DNA from: Anaeramoeba ignava BMAN
Taxonomy: Eukaryota; Protista; Anaeramoebae
DNA: 64,000 nucleotides
Reading direction: 5' to 3'
NCBI GenBank assembly: GCA_028826165.1
Contig: JAPDFW010000058.1
Coordinates: forward strand, 310,001-374,000
The position numbers and the translations under genes are program-made. Shown piece by piece: positions 48,701 to 59,342 of the stretch. Below the pieces are notes generated by a model that searched no databases, was not told where the DNA came from, and saw only the letters and a program-made list of their open reading frames with translations. How positions within the stretch are numbered: position 1 is the stretch's first letter; each line of letters opens with the position of its first letter.

Positions 48701-50354
48701 TGAGTCCGCGATAGAAATAAAAAGGAGCGAAATTTTTGCGTGTTGCGATTGCGTTGGTGAATTCGCTCACGGAATCTGCGAATCTGTCCATCTTGAAGAG
48801 CATCTTGCCGCGGAGAAGTCTGAGCATATGGTGGTCTCCGTAAAGCTTGAATGCGGCGTCGAGGTCTTCCAGGGATTTGGTGTGGTTGTGGTACAAGTAG
48901 GCCTTAATTCTGAGTATGTGAGTTTTCATTGAAGGTTCAGCCTCAAGCACGACAGAGAAGTCCTTCGCGGCGTCTGCGAAGTTGCGCATCTTATAGAGTA
49001 CTCTTCCTCTCACCAGGAGACTCCGTGGTTTCAGGCCTTCGGTCTTGATACACTGCGAGATCTGCTCGAGTGCCTCTTTGTATCTCTTCTGTTTCTCGTA
49101 GATCCGCGCGCTTAAGTAATATGCATCCGTACAGTTCTCGCCGTGCTTTTCTGCCGCGCGGGAAAATACCTCAAGTGCTTGTGGAAATTTATGCTGTTTG
49201 TAATAACACATTCCAATTCGGACAATTGAATCAATTGAATTGCTATTGATTTCATAAACACGTTCGAAGTCAGCACGTGCATAATCATATCTCCCGAAAC
49301 CCATCCAAACCATTGCACGCGAGAACACGTACTCCTCCTCATCTGGCGCGAGCTCGCAAGCCTTTGTAAGATACACAAGCGCGTTCTTATGATCTTTCAA
49401 GTCCGAAAAAATTTTCCCTAATCCAAAAAACAGGCGTGGATCATCCGGAAGAATACTTATTGCCAGAAGGTAGTCATCAGCCGCTTTCTGGAGGTTGCCG
49501 ACGAGACGGTACACTTCGCCTCGCTGGGCATAGAGTGCTGGGTTGTGAGGGTCTATCCGGAGTGCTTTTGCAAGAGTGTCGAGCGCTTCATCATAACTGC
49601 CTTTTTTCTGGAGGGCAGTAGCAAGATGGCAGAGCACATTTCCGGAGTCTGCATTTAATTTCAAAGCAGCTTTGAAGTCAGCGATGGCATCGTCGATTCT
49701 TGAGTCCTTAAAAAGGGCTGATCCGCGGTTGTCATAAAAAACCCAGACTTTTGGAGAGATCCGAATAGCTTCACTATAATCTTGGATCGCCTTTTTGTTC
49801 TCTTTCATATAGAAGTAGCAAAGACCCCTGTTGTTGAACGACTCTTCGTCTTGCGGATTGAGTTTTACGGCCATCGAGAAATCCTCTATTGCCCGCTCGT
49901 GATTCTCCATCAAATAATAACTATATCCTCTATTATGCCAATAAGAATGAATTCCCGAATTTATTTTAATTGCTTCGGTAAAGTCCGCAATTGACTTCTC
50001 GTACTCCCCCATCTTAAAGTACGTGATCCCTCTTGTGTTAAGTATGCTGTGATCCTCTTTTAAGTTCGTTATTACTTTGCTGTAGTCTTCTATTGCCTTT
50101 TCATACTGCTTTGTTTCTGTGTACGAATCCCCGCGCGCAATGTAGTAATCCGTGTTCCTGAGATCCAGTGTGATTGCTGTTGTGAAATCCTTTATTGCTT
50201 CTTCTTGTTTGTTTAATCCTAATTCACAATTTCCTCGATGATAAAATAATTGTGCGTCGTTTGGTGTTTTTTTGATTAGTTTGTTGAATGCTATTATTGC
50301 TGGCTCGTATTTTTTATGTTTCAAAAGGTGCAATGCTGAATTTATGTTTGTCAT
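45774..50354 (-). CDS. Large tetratricopeptide-repeat protein with a helical (ARM/HEAT-like?) C-terminal third
   Basis: 1526-aa single ORF with many TPRs (e.g. NRG..Y..MGEYEKSIADFTEAIKIN) over the first ~900 aa. The C-terminal region is not recognised. Confidence 0.85.
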   Translation of the reverse strand: MTNINSALHLLKHKKYEPAIIAFNKLIKKTPNDAQLFYHRGNCELGLNKQEEAIKDFTTAITLDLRNTDYYIARGDSYTETKQYEKAIEDYSKVITNLKEDHSILNTRGITYFKMGEYEKSIADFTEAIKINSGIHSYWHNRGYSYYLMENHERAIEDFSMAVKLNPQDEESFNNRGLCYFYMKENKKAIQDYSEAIRISPKVWVFYDNRGSALFKDSRIDDAIADFKAALKLNADSGNVLCHLATALQKKGSYDEALDTLAKALRIDPHNPALYAQRGEVYRLVGNLQKAADDYLLAISILPDDPRLFFGLGKIFSDLKDHKNALVYLTKACELAPDEEEYVFSRAMVWMGFGRYDYARADFERVYEINSNSIDSIVRIGMCYYKQHKFPQALEVFSRAAEKHGENCTDAYYLSARIYEKQKRYKEALEQISQCIKTEGLKPRSLLVRGRVLYKMRNFADAAKDFSVVLEAEPSMKTHILRIKAYLYHNHTKSLEDLDAAFKLYGDHHMLRLLRGKMLFKMDRFADSVSEFTNAIATRKNFAPFYFYRGLSFHKQSELDKALADISSAIALDPKSHKYRHSRAFVFFEKNMFRECISDFVFSAPSYLDDPDFHLNLGVAHWSVGQIRKSVSDFSRAIALKNDDPELFEFRARSHYKTSNFEAAVADYTAMIKLAPKSPAGYLGRSRAYMGLGSFHHAANDLNIVLTSEPENPKCLFFRGRCFIAMNKLSKALDDLALSIKFRVNVQFWYRSLVHFLLGNQKLAIQDATSAIEQTKYLSSCYSLRGLVFLCKYESCILGISTDKKIQKIQKIEKIQKIQKIQKIENSLSLEIIKAEAEEDFLESILLKDEKFPVSMSKAHLTFLASEYKTAISRYTAVLAKIKSKPFRPYLFFLRASCFFHLGLLNSAVDDLHASLLASNFVFRLPALLADNIFNLLSEKIPSCYSQSNITELSITLSSLTKLIKTRKPQEQSLSILSNNLLNSVLLPEISLLQNSPQKFNLIEKFLPILEILSPSIAFPDPLSDPLTKLFNPSTILALNSPPFLFHLLLFFLPKSNSPLKISFENDIFPEIIDTFHSWSPRSQELFLLALQFIDTSKMSDPNKQILFSFLIHFLDHTFPDRVVQCFFACLNKILFEFSQENKSQLLSSLLSFMQPTSGFRLLHARIFQFITSHFSFALLSSFFPQFITSYTTNSSLLDASSHRIILSSITRPNLVSLGAEKLSVLIKHFFRIWLEFPNLRSIIQILFDWSFSEMVKNINQLKPALDEFAKALLSQIQIPGTNRPDAVRLFTNFAQHRQYSSKEFTTLFLSPLTLILASPMQPQPFYDSLSFCLYTLFVLVPDYQEPIKNFLDDLPKNSILFVPVHRIIKKQLNALFNVIEDCLDDISVLHFIIYLLNTPEARNFFPLFFKYSLNLYKNYSISKRKKLLVFLEDLLFSSQENISLFDVLLDLCNVFSQEEFIPLKWLIAKLILEIESKNFLKFLSEKKQPVINNLIQELDSVAKFFYSLKPFMGFGLFEFDFSDLN

Positions 50355-50499
50355 TTTTATTATTGTTAAATTAATGAAACGAGAATAAAAATTGAAAAAG
50401 AAAAAAGAAAAAAGAAAAAAATGAAATTTTGAATTAAGAATTTTAATTTTAATTTTAATTTTAATTTGATTTTAATTTTGATTTTAATTTTAATTTTGA

Positions 50500-51720
50500 T
50501 TTTAAATTTAATTTTAATTAAAATAGATTAAATTTATTATAATAAAAAAGTGGAATAAATTTTATTAAATTTATATAAATATTTAATATTATTTTAATTT
50601 TAATTTTAATTTGATTTTAATTTTAATTTTAATTTTAATATTGATTTTAATTTTAAATTTAATTAAAATAGATTAAATTTATTATAATAAAAAAGTGGAA
50701 TAAATTTAATTAAATTTATATAAATATTTAATATTATTTTAATTTATTAATTATTTATAAAATATTATTTAATTATATTTTAATAAAAATATTTAATTTT
50801 AAATTTAATTAAAATAGATTAATTTTATTATAATAAAAAGTGGAATAAATTTAATTAAAATTATATAAATATTTAATATTATTTTAATTTATTAATTATT
50901 TATAAAATATTATTTAATTATATTTAATAAAAATATTTAATTTTAAATTTAATTAAAATAGATTAAATTTATTATAATAAAAAGTGGAATAAATTTTATT
51001 AAAAATTATATAAATATTTAATATTATTTTAATTTTAATTTATTTAATTATATTTTAAAAATATTTAATTTTAATTTTTAATATTAATTTTATTATTTAA
51101 AATTTAATTAAAATAGATTTTAATTTATTATTATTTATAAAATAAAAAATAAAAATAAATTTAATTTAAAATTAAAATAGATTAAATATTTAATACATTA
51201 TTTTTGATTTTAATTTTAATTTTAATTTTTTAATTTTAATTTTAATTTTAATATTGATTTTAATTTTAAATTTAATTAAAATAAATTAAATTTTATTATA
51301 ATAAAAAAGTGGAATAAATTTAATTAAAATTATATAAATATTTAATATTATTTTTAATTTATTAATTATTTATAAAATATTATTTAATTATATTTATTAA
51401 AAATATTTAATTTTAAAATTAATTAAAATAGATTAAATTTATTATAATAAAAAGTGGAATAAATTTGATTAAATTTATATAAATATTTAATATTATTTTA
51501 ATTTTAATTTTATTTTGATTTTTTAATTTTAATTTTAATTTTTAATTTTGATTTTAATTTTAAATTTATTTAAAATAAATTAAATTTATTATAATAAAAA
51601 AGTGGAATAAATTTTATTAAAATTATATAAATATTTAATATTACTTTAATTTTAATTTGATTTTGATTTTAATTTAATTTTGATTTTGATATTGATTTTA
51701 ATTTAAATTTAATTAAAATA
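50500..51720. repeat. Intergenic minisatellite with ~145-bp period and conserved core ...TAAAATAGATTAAATTTATTATAATAAAAAAGTGGAATAAAT...
   Basis: GTGGAAT core begins at 50550, 50695, 50840, 50984, 51309, 51454 and 51602. Confidence 0.88.
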
Positions 51721-52167
51721 AATTAAATTTATTGATTAAATTTTTAATTGATTTTTTGCCATTTTCTTTTTTTTAATCCTTTTATCTCAATTTTAAAATA
51801 AACTTAATAGATAAAAATGGATAATATAAAAAATTTTTTCTTTTTTTTTTTTCATTTTACAATTCATTTTTTTTTTTTTTTTTATTCTTTTTTATTAAAT
51901 TATCAAAAAATTTTTTTTTTTTGAAATTTAACTAAAAACCAAATTTCAAACAAAAAAAAAAAGAAGAGAAATCTTTTTTAAATTAAACAAAAACAACACA
52001 AAAAACCAAACACAAAAGAAAAAAAAGAAACTTTTGTTTTAATTTATTAAATTTATTAAATTTATTAAATTTATTAAATAACCAAATTTCCAAAACAAAT
52101 CAAATAAAAAAAAAAAACCGTCAATATAAAAATAAAATAAAATACAAAAAGCAAAAAAAATAAATAA

Positions 52168-52746
52168 ATGACAGAATATAAATTAGTTGTTGTTGGAGGA
52201 GGAGGAGTAGGAAAATCAGCGCTAGTTATTCAACTAGTGCAATCACACTTTGTAGATGAATATGATCCGACAATTGAAGACTCTTATAGAAGACAAGTAG
52301 AAATTGATGATGAAATTTGTCTTCTTGACATTCTTGACACTGCCGGACAAGAAGAATATTCAGCAATGAGAGACTCATATATGCGTTCTGGTGAAGGTTT
52401 TCTCATTGTTTACGCTATAAATTCAAGAAATTCTTTTGATGAAGTCTCGATTTTTAAAGAGCAAATTTGTCGTGTTAAAGATTCTGATAATATTCCTATG
52501 CTTGTCGTAGGAAATAAAGCTGACATCGAAAATGAACGTCAAGTGTCTTCCGGCGAAGCTCGTGATCTGGCAAAAACTTTTGGTTGTCCTTTTATTGAAA
52601 CTTCTGCTAAAACTAGAATTAATGTCGAAGAAGCTTTTTTTGAACTTGTTAGAGAAGTTCGTAGAATTACAAAAAGTTCTCTTGCCGGAAGAGTTGATGC
52701 TCCCAAAAAAAAAAAAAAAAAATCTAAAAGTTGTTCCATTTTATAA
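52168..52746 (+). CDS. RAS: Ras-family small GTPase (Ras subfamily) with polybasic tail and CAAX (CSIL)
   Basis: [51 protein letters not shown] and [13 protein letters not shown]. Confidence 0.97.
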   Translation: MTEYKLVVVGGGGVGKSALVIQLVQSHFVDEYDPTIEDSYRRQVEIDDEICLLDILDTAGQEEYSAMRDSYMRSGEGFLIVYAINSRNSFDEVSIFKEQICRVKDSDNIPMLVVGNKADIENERQVSSGEARDLAKTFGCPFIETSAKTRINVEEAFFELVREVRRITKSSLAGRVDAPKKKKKKSKSCSIL

Positions 52747-53075
52747 TTTTTTTTTTTTCCATTTTTTTTTTCTTTTTTTTTTTTTTGACTTTTTTCTCAG
52801 TTGAATGTAGTTTTCAAAGTCATTTTGTTTTTTTTTTTTCTTTCTATTTTTTTCTTTTAATTGCTTTTAAATTGATTTAATTTGATAAAAATTATTTAAA
52901 AAATAATAAATAAATAAAAAAAATGAGAAAAATTGAATCTTTTTCTTTTGAAATTTTATTTTATTTTTTTATAATCAAAAAGAAAAATTTCAAATAAAAA
53001 ACCAAAAAAAATCAAAAATCATTTTTTTTCTTTTTTTCTTTTTTTCTTTTTTATTTTAAAAAAATTAAAAAAAAA

Positions 53076-56000
53076 ATGAATTATCAAAAATCACATAAAC
53101 ATTCAAAATTAGTTGAAAAAATGAATATAACAAAAAAAAAGACAAAAAGTAAGTTTTTTGTCGATTTATCTCAAGGGGATCGTTTTTTTACTACAACTGG
53201 TAATTATTTTAAAACCCAAAATAACAATCCAAATTAAAATTAACCAAAAAAAAAAAATTCATCAATTTTTCAATAATAAATTAAATTGAATTAAATTAAC
53301 TTAACGATTTTTTTTATAAATTTTTTTACAATTTTAAATTTAAATTTTGCTTTTAAATTTTGTTTTTAAATTTCTAGATGAAAAAACATACACTTGCCCA
53401 TCTTGTCCAAGACCTTTAAATACAAATTTAAATGCAAAGAAAAATCTTCAATTTTTAGATCGAAATGGAAATTTTTTTAATTGTTATTATCAAAAAATAT
53501 ATGATTTTGATCGTAAATTTTTTACTATTTTAAGTTTAATTTCCAATTTTTAATTTATATTTTAACAATTTATTTTAATTTTCCAAAGAAAAAATTCCAA
53601 ATGAAAATGAAAATGAAAATCAAAATCAAAATCAAAATGAAAATGAAAATCCAAATCAAAATCAAAATCAAAATGAAAATGAAAATGAAAATCAAAATGA
53701 AAATGAAAATGAAAATGAAAATGAAAATGAAAATCAAAATCAAAATGAAAATGAAAATCCAAATCAAAATGAAAATCAAAATAAAAATGAATATCAAAAT
53801 AAAAATGAAAATGAATATGAAAATGAATCTACTTTTAATTCATTAAAAAATTTATCAAAATTCCCTGATCCAGAAAATTATACAACTTTTGAACAATTTG
53901 AACAAGCTGCATTTCAATGGAAAAATGAAATACTTGAAAAACTTGGAGATGCAAAACTTCCTCATGTTTTAGGACGTGTTTATCCTCGACCCACATTTCA
54001 TTCAGAAACTGTAAATTCAAATCAAAATTCATTTAAAAATTCAAATCAAAATTCAAATCAAAATTCAAATCAAAATTCATTTTAAAAATTAAAAATTCAT
54101 TTAAAAATTCATTTAAAAATCAAAATTCATTTAAAAATCAAAATTCATTTAAAAATCATTTAAAAATTAAAAAATTCAAATCAAAATTCATTTAAAAATT
54201 CAAATCAAAATTCAAATCAAAATTCAAATCAAAATTCAAATAAAAATTCAAATTAAAATTCAAATCAAAATTCAAATCAAAATTCAAATCAAAATTCAAA
54301 TCAAAATTCAAATCAAAATTCAAATCAAAATTCAAATAAAAATTCATTTTAAAATCAAAATTCAAATCAAAATTCAAATCAAAATTCAAATCAAAATTCA
54401 TTTTAAAAATTCAATTTAAAATTCATTTAAAAATTAAAAAATTCAAATCAAAATTCAAATCAAAATTCAAATTAAAATTCAAATCAAAATTCAAATTAAA
54501 ATTCAAATCAAAATTCAAATCAAAATTCAATTTAAAATTCAAATCAAAATTCAAATCAAAATTCAATTTAAAATTCAAATCAAAATTCATTTTAAAAATT
54601 AAAAATTCATTTAAAAATTCAAATCAAAATTCATTTTAAAAAATTCAATTTAAAAATTCGTGAAAAAAGATTTTTGTTCCAAAAAATAAAAGTGGATTAC
54701 ACTCAGAAATAGAATCTCATAGAACTTCATCTGAAACTAAAAAATCTGTAGGAAGAAATTCTTCATCAAGTTTTACTCGTTTCGAAATGATCGAATCCGA
54801 TTCAATAGAATCTTTTAAATCAATCGAATCTGATTTAATTGAAGTATATTTTATTTTTTTAAATAAAAATAATCATCTTCATCACTTTTTAAAATATTAA
54901 TTAAAAAATTCTACTTTTTTTTTTTTTTAAGAACGATACACAAAAATTTGTTCCAGAATTTTATGAAAATACTCAATTACTCGCAAAACCTTCTGAAAAA
55001 TGGAATAATGAATTGATTTCTTCTGCTCCTGAATCATATCTATTTGATAAAATTGAAGGTTAAATCATTTCTTTTTAATCAATTACATTCATTTCATTTC
55101 ATTTATTTCATTATTTGAAAAAAAATAGAATATGAAATGGCATATATCAATTGGGCAAATAATACCCTTTCAACAATTTCTCATTTACCTCCACATCCAA
55201 AACAATTTGTGGAAATGTATGGACTGCAAACAGCTGAAGAAAAACAAAAACAAGAGACTAAAAAAAGACTTCAACAATTTATTCAAAATCCTGTATTTTT
55301 AATAATTTAAAAGCAAATTTATTTTGTTTTTTTTTTTGCAATCAATATTCAAATGCAAATTCAATTTCTGTTTTTTTTTTATTATTAGAAAGTAAAAAAA
55401 CTAACCAAACAACAGCTCAAACATTTCAATTATTATTATATCTGGATGAAAAAGATTAGCAAATTCTTTGTTTATCATTCAATTTCTAATGGAAAATCTG
55501 CAATTAATAATCTCAAGCAACAACTAAAAGAAGAAGAAAAACCACAATCAACTATTGAGCAAAATAACAAAGAAAATGAAAATCAACCAAAAGCAAATTT
55601 TATACAGCAAAAAGACTTAAATTTGAATGAAATTATCCATTTCTTTGCAAACGAAGATAATCAAGAAAATAAAAAAAATGAAGCTGATTCTTCAGATGAA
55701 AAAGAAAGAATCTCTGATGAAATTGAAAGTATTTTATTTCAAGAAATCCCTGATAACAAATCGGAAAATTCATCAAAAGAGGAAGAGGATTTTATGGAAA
55801 TTGATACCCAATTTGAACAAAGCACACAAGACAATGATTTTTTCTTTTGTGTAGAACAGACATCAAATGCTCCAGTTAATACCTCATTTGAATCCAAACC
55901 AAAAATTGCGAAAAAAAAATCAAAAAACAAAGAAGAAAAAGCAAAAAGAAAACAAAAACAGAAAGAAAAAGAACTATTCGTTTATTTTCTTGAAAAAATC

Positions 56001-59000
56001 ATCAGACTTCAAAACAAAAACACAAGAAAATATGGTTCCATTCATAAACCTCTTGTTGGAAAGGTTCCATATATTATAATATATTCAAATGGTTCAACAT
56101 TTGGAAGTGTTTTCAAAAATGAAAATCCTGCTTTGGATAAAGCTAATTTTTGGACTTGTAGAAATGATCCAATTTTTGGATTAAGAAGAAGTGATTTGGA
56201 TGAGGATATGAAAAATTCTTCTTTTCAACTTCCAAAAGAATTGTCTGTAAATAATATTCAACTTATTATTATTATTATTTTTGTTTTGGAATCGATTGAA
56301 TAGAAAAAAAACATAAATTTGCTTTTTTTTTGTTGAAAATAGGAAACACAAGTTCATTTCTATTTTCCTGTTGATGATCATGCTGAATTATTAAATTTTA
56401 AATTAATTAGAAAAAAAGGTTATCTTCAAGAAGTTAGAAAATTAATTGAATCAATGGACCAACCTGATCATTTAGAGCAATTAAAATCAATTTCAAACTC
56501 AAATCAATATTCAAAATTGGTATTATTTATATATTTATATATTTAAACATTTAAGTATTCAAAACAAAAATTTATTTGAATTGAAGAGTTATGATTCACA
56601 AAAAAAAGAAGTTGAAAGGATTTTGAATAGCAAAAAACCGTTTGAAATTTCTCAACTTAAACAAATACTATATTATCCAATGTCATTTGATTTTTTCAAG
56701 AAATTAATAGCAGAAGAATTAACATACAATTATGAAGTTCAAACATTTGGAAGAGTATTTTTATCAATAATTTCAACAGAAAATTTTTCAGAAATTCTTG
56801 CATTATTGAATGATAGTTGTTCTTTATTAACTCAATCTAAGGTTGAATTTTCTTTAAAATATTAAAATATAAAAAATATTAAAATATAAAAAATAATATT
56901 AAAATATAAAAAATATTAAAATATAAAAAATAGATTTCACAACTTGTATTTGAAGGACTTCAAATGAATTACGCAAGAACTTTATTGAGACAATATGCAA
57001 ACAATAATTCTCTTAAAAACTTATATTACATTGCTTATTCATTAAATTTATTAAGCAAGAAATACAATTCAATCTTTCCTTTTTCTCGTGAAATTCATAA
57101 CATTTATAGAATTGTAATTTTTAAATTTTTAGTTTTAAATTTTTAGTTTTAAAATTTTAAATTTTAAATTTTAAATTTTTCGATAATAAGACTGCAAGCA
57201 AAACAGAAATGAAAGATCTTTATTTCGAAACAATATTTTTAACTCATTATTATCTTTCTGTTATTCAAAATAAAACTTCCTCAGAAGTTGATTTGTTTTT
57301 ATTTGCAAATCTTCAAAGAGAAATAACAGCCAAATTAAAAGAATTGGAAAAACAATTAGATGAAATTTTGAAAAAGAATACTGTTCATGTTGAGAAGAGA
57401 TTATTTATGGGAATTAGTTCTCGTTTCATTTCAATTTCTGAATTTTATTCTTTTATTTTAGAAAAGTTTCTCAATCATTCAGATGAATCAATTATTGTAA
57501 ATATTCAAATTTCCAATTTAAAAAAAAAAATTTATATTATATTCTTAAAACCAAACAAAAACAAAAATACACAGAAAACTTTGCAATCCCAAGATATTAA
57601 TCTTCTTGGAAATATTCGACAAATTAGCAAAAGTCGATTTTCTCATGTTCAATTTGCATCCAAAAAATTTTGGGCAACGTTTGTTTCAGATCCGCAATGG
57701 CAAAAATTTCTTGTTTCCAAATATTCAAAAGATTACTTTACATTAATAACAGATTTCAAACCACCAGAGATTATCAAGCAAAATGAAGAAAATACACAAG
57801 AAGATAAAGAAATGAAAAAGGGATCTTTGATGAATTTTTTAGTTTATGTTTTCCTCAAAGTTCTTTTTGGAGAAATCCGAGATCAAAATGATCCACCACA
57901 TTTTATCACATTATTAAGAGGAAAATTGTTCTTTGATCTTCTTGTCCAGATTGAATCATATGTCAAAAAAGGATATTTCAGTGAAACATTAATATTCATG
58001 TCAAAAATTATGAAAATCATGGTGAAAAAATTTATTCTCACATTATCAATTTCAACGAAAATCCCACAAAACACAACAGATGCAAACAGAATCAATTCAT
58101 TTCTTGTGATCACATACGATCATTTCCAAATAATTTCATCGATTGTTTCTCAGACTCCGAACTTTTTGGATCAAATGAAAACACATCTTGTTTCAACACT
58201 TCGTCGAATGCTTCATAATCAAGATATTTTTTCATTTCTAACTGAGAATCCGAAATTTTTCACTGAATATATTCATTTCTTTAAGGATTTGCATGATTTT
58301 AATTTAAGTCGAGAACTTTGGAGTTTAGTGTTTGAATCTATTTATTATCATTCAGGAATGATTCAAGATTTAATTAAACAAAATCATTTGAAAGCTTTAT
58401 TATCTCTTGTTACTCCAAAATCAACTCTTCCTGTTATTATTTATGGTTTCCAAACTTTTCATCAAATTTTGGAAATGCCTTATCAAGAAGAGATTAGAAG
58501 GAAAGGTTTAAAAAAGAAAGTTCAAAATGAAAGATCAATTAAATCAATGAAAAAAGATGTAAAAGCTTTTGTTGATTTCTTAATGTCAAATGGTTTTTTT
58601 ATTTATTTTCATATGATTTATGTGACTTGTCAAGATTTAGATCGAAAATTTATTGTAAATTCGATTTAAAATTCAATATAAAATTAAAATTAAATTTAAA
58701 TTAAAATTCAAATTAAAATTCAAATTAAAATTCAAATCAAAATTAAAATTTAAATTTAAATCAAAATTAAAATTAAAATTAAAATTCAAATTAAAATTCA
58801 AATTAAAATTCAAAATCAAAATTAAAATTAAAATTTAAATTTAAATCAAAATTAAAATTAAAATTCAATTTAAAATTCAATTTAAAATTAAAATTAAATT
58901 TAAATTAAAATCAAAATTAAAAATCAAAATTTTAAAATCAAAATAAAAATTTAAAATTTTAAAAGAATATTGGAAAACTTTTTCATTCAATTTCTACAAA

Positions 59001-59163
59001 TCCTGCTTGTTCAAAATTTTATTCTTCTGTTATAATAAGAGAACAATATAAAGCAGCTCTTGAATTTGTTGAATCTTATTATGCTCCAAGATATAAAATC
59101 AAATTTAATAGTAAAAAAGGATTTTATTATCTTCCAAAAGAAAGTCAAAAATCAAAAAAATAA
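53076..59163 (+). CDS. Large multi-exon protein of uncertain identity (tentatively Sca1/ScaA-like scaffold); about 11-12 exons
   Basis: Frame-compatible GT-AG junctions checked at 53200..53377, 53513..53588, 54011..54669 and 58655..58965. ORFs 55446..56303, 56581..56865, 56964..57146 and 57209..58669 are internal exons. Repeated motif PDPENYTTFEQFEQAAFQW / PESYLFDKIEEYEMAYINW. The family assignment is from memory only. Confidence 0.65.
54013..54660. repeat. Intronic 12-bp satellite (AAATCAAAATTC)n
   Basis: Directly visible; starts immediately after the GT donor at 54011. Confidence 0.9.
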
Positions 59164-59342
59164 AAATTAAATTTAAATTAAAATTAAAAATTAAAATTTA
59201 AAATGTTTTTTTTTCAGTTTTTTATTTTTATTTTTATTGGAATTGAGTTAATTCTTTCCATTAAAAAATAAATTCAATAAAAATTAAAATTTCCAAAAAT
59301 TTATTTTTCATTTTTTTTCATTTTTAATTTTAAGAAAAGAAA

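Noticed and set aside
50500-51720. CRISPR-like repeat-spacer array
   Set aside because: The core is ~85 bp, spacers recur in two types rather than being unique, there are no cas genes, and the context is eukaryotic.
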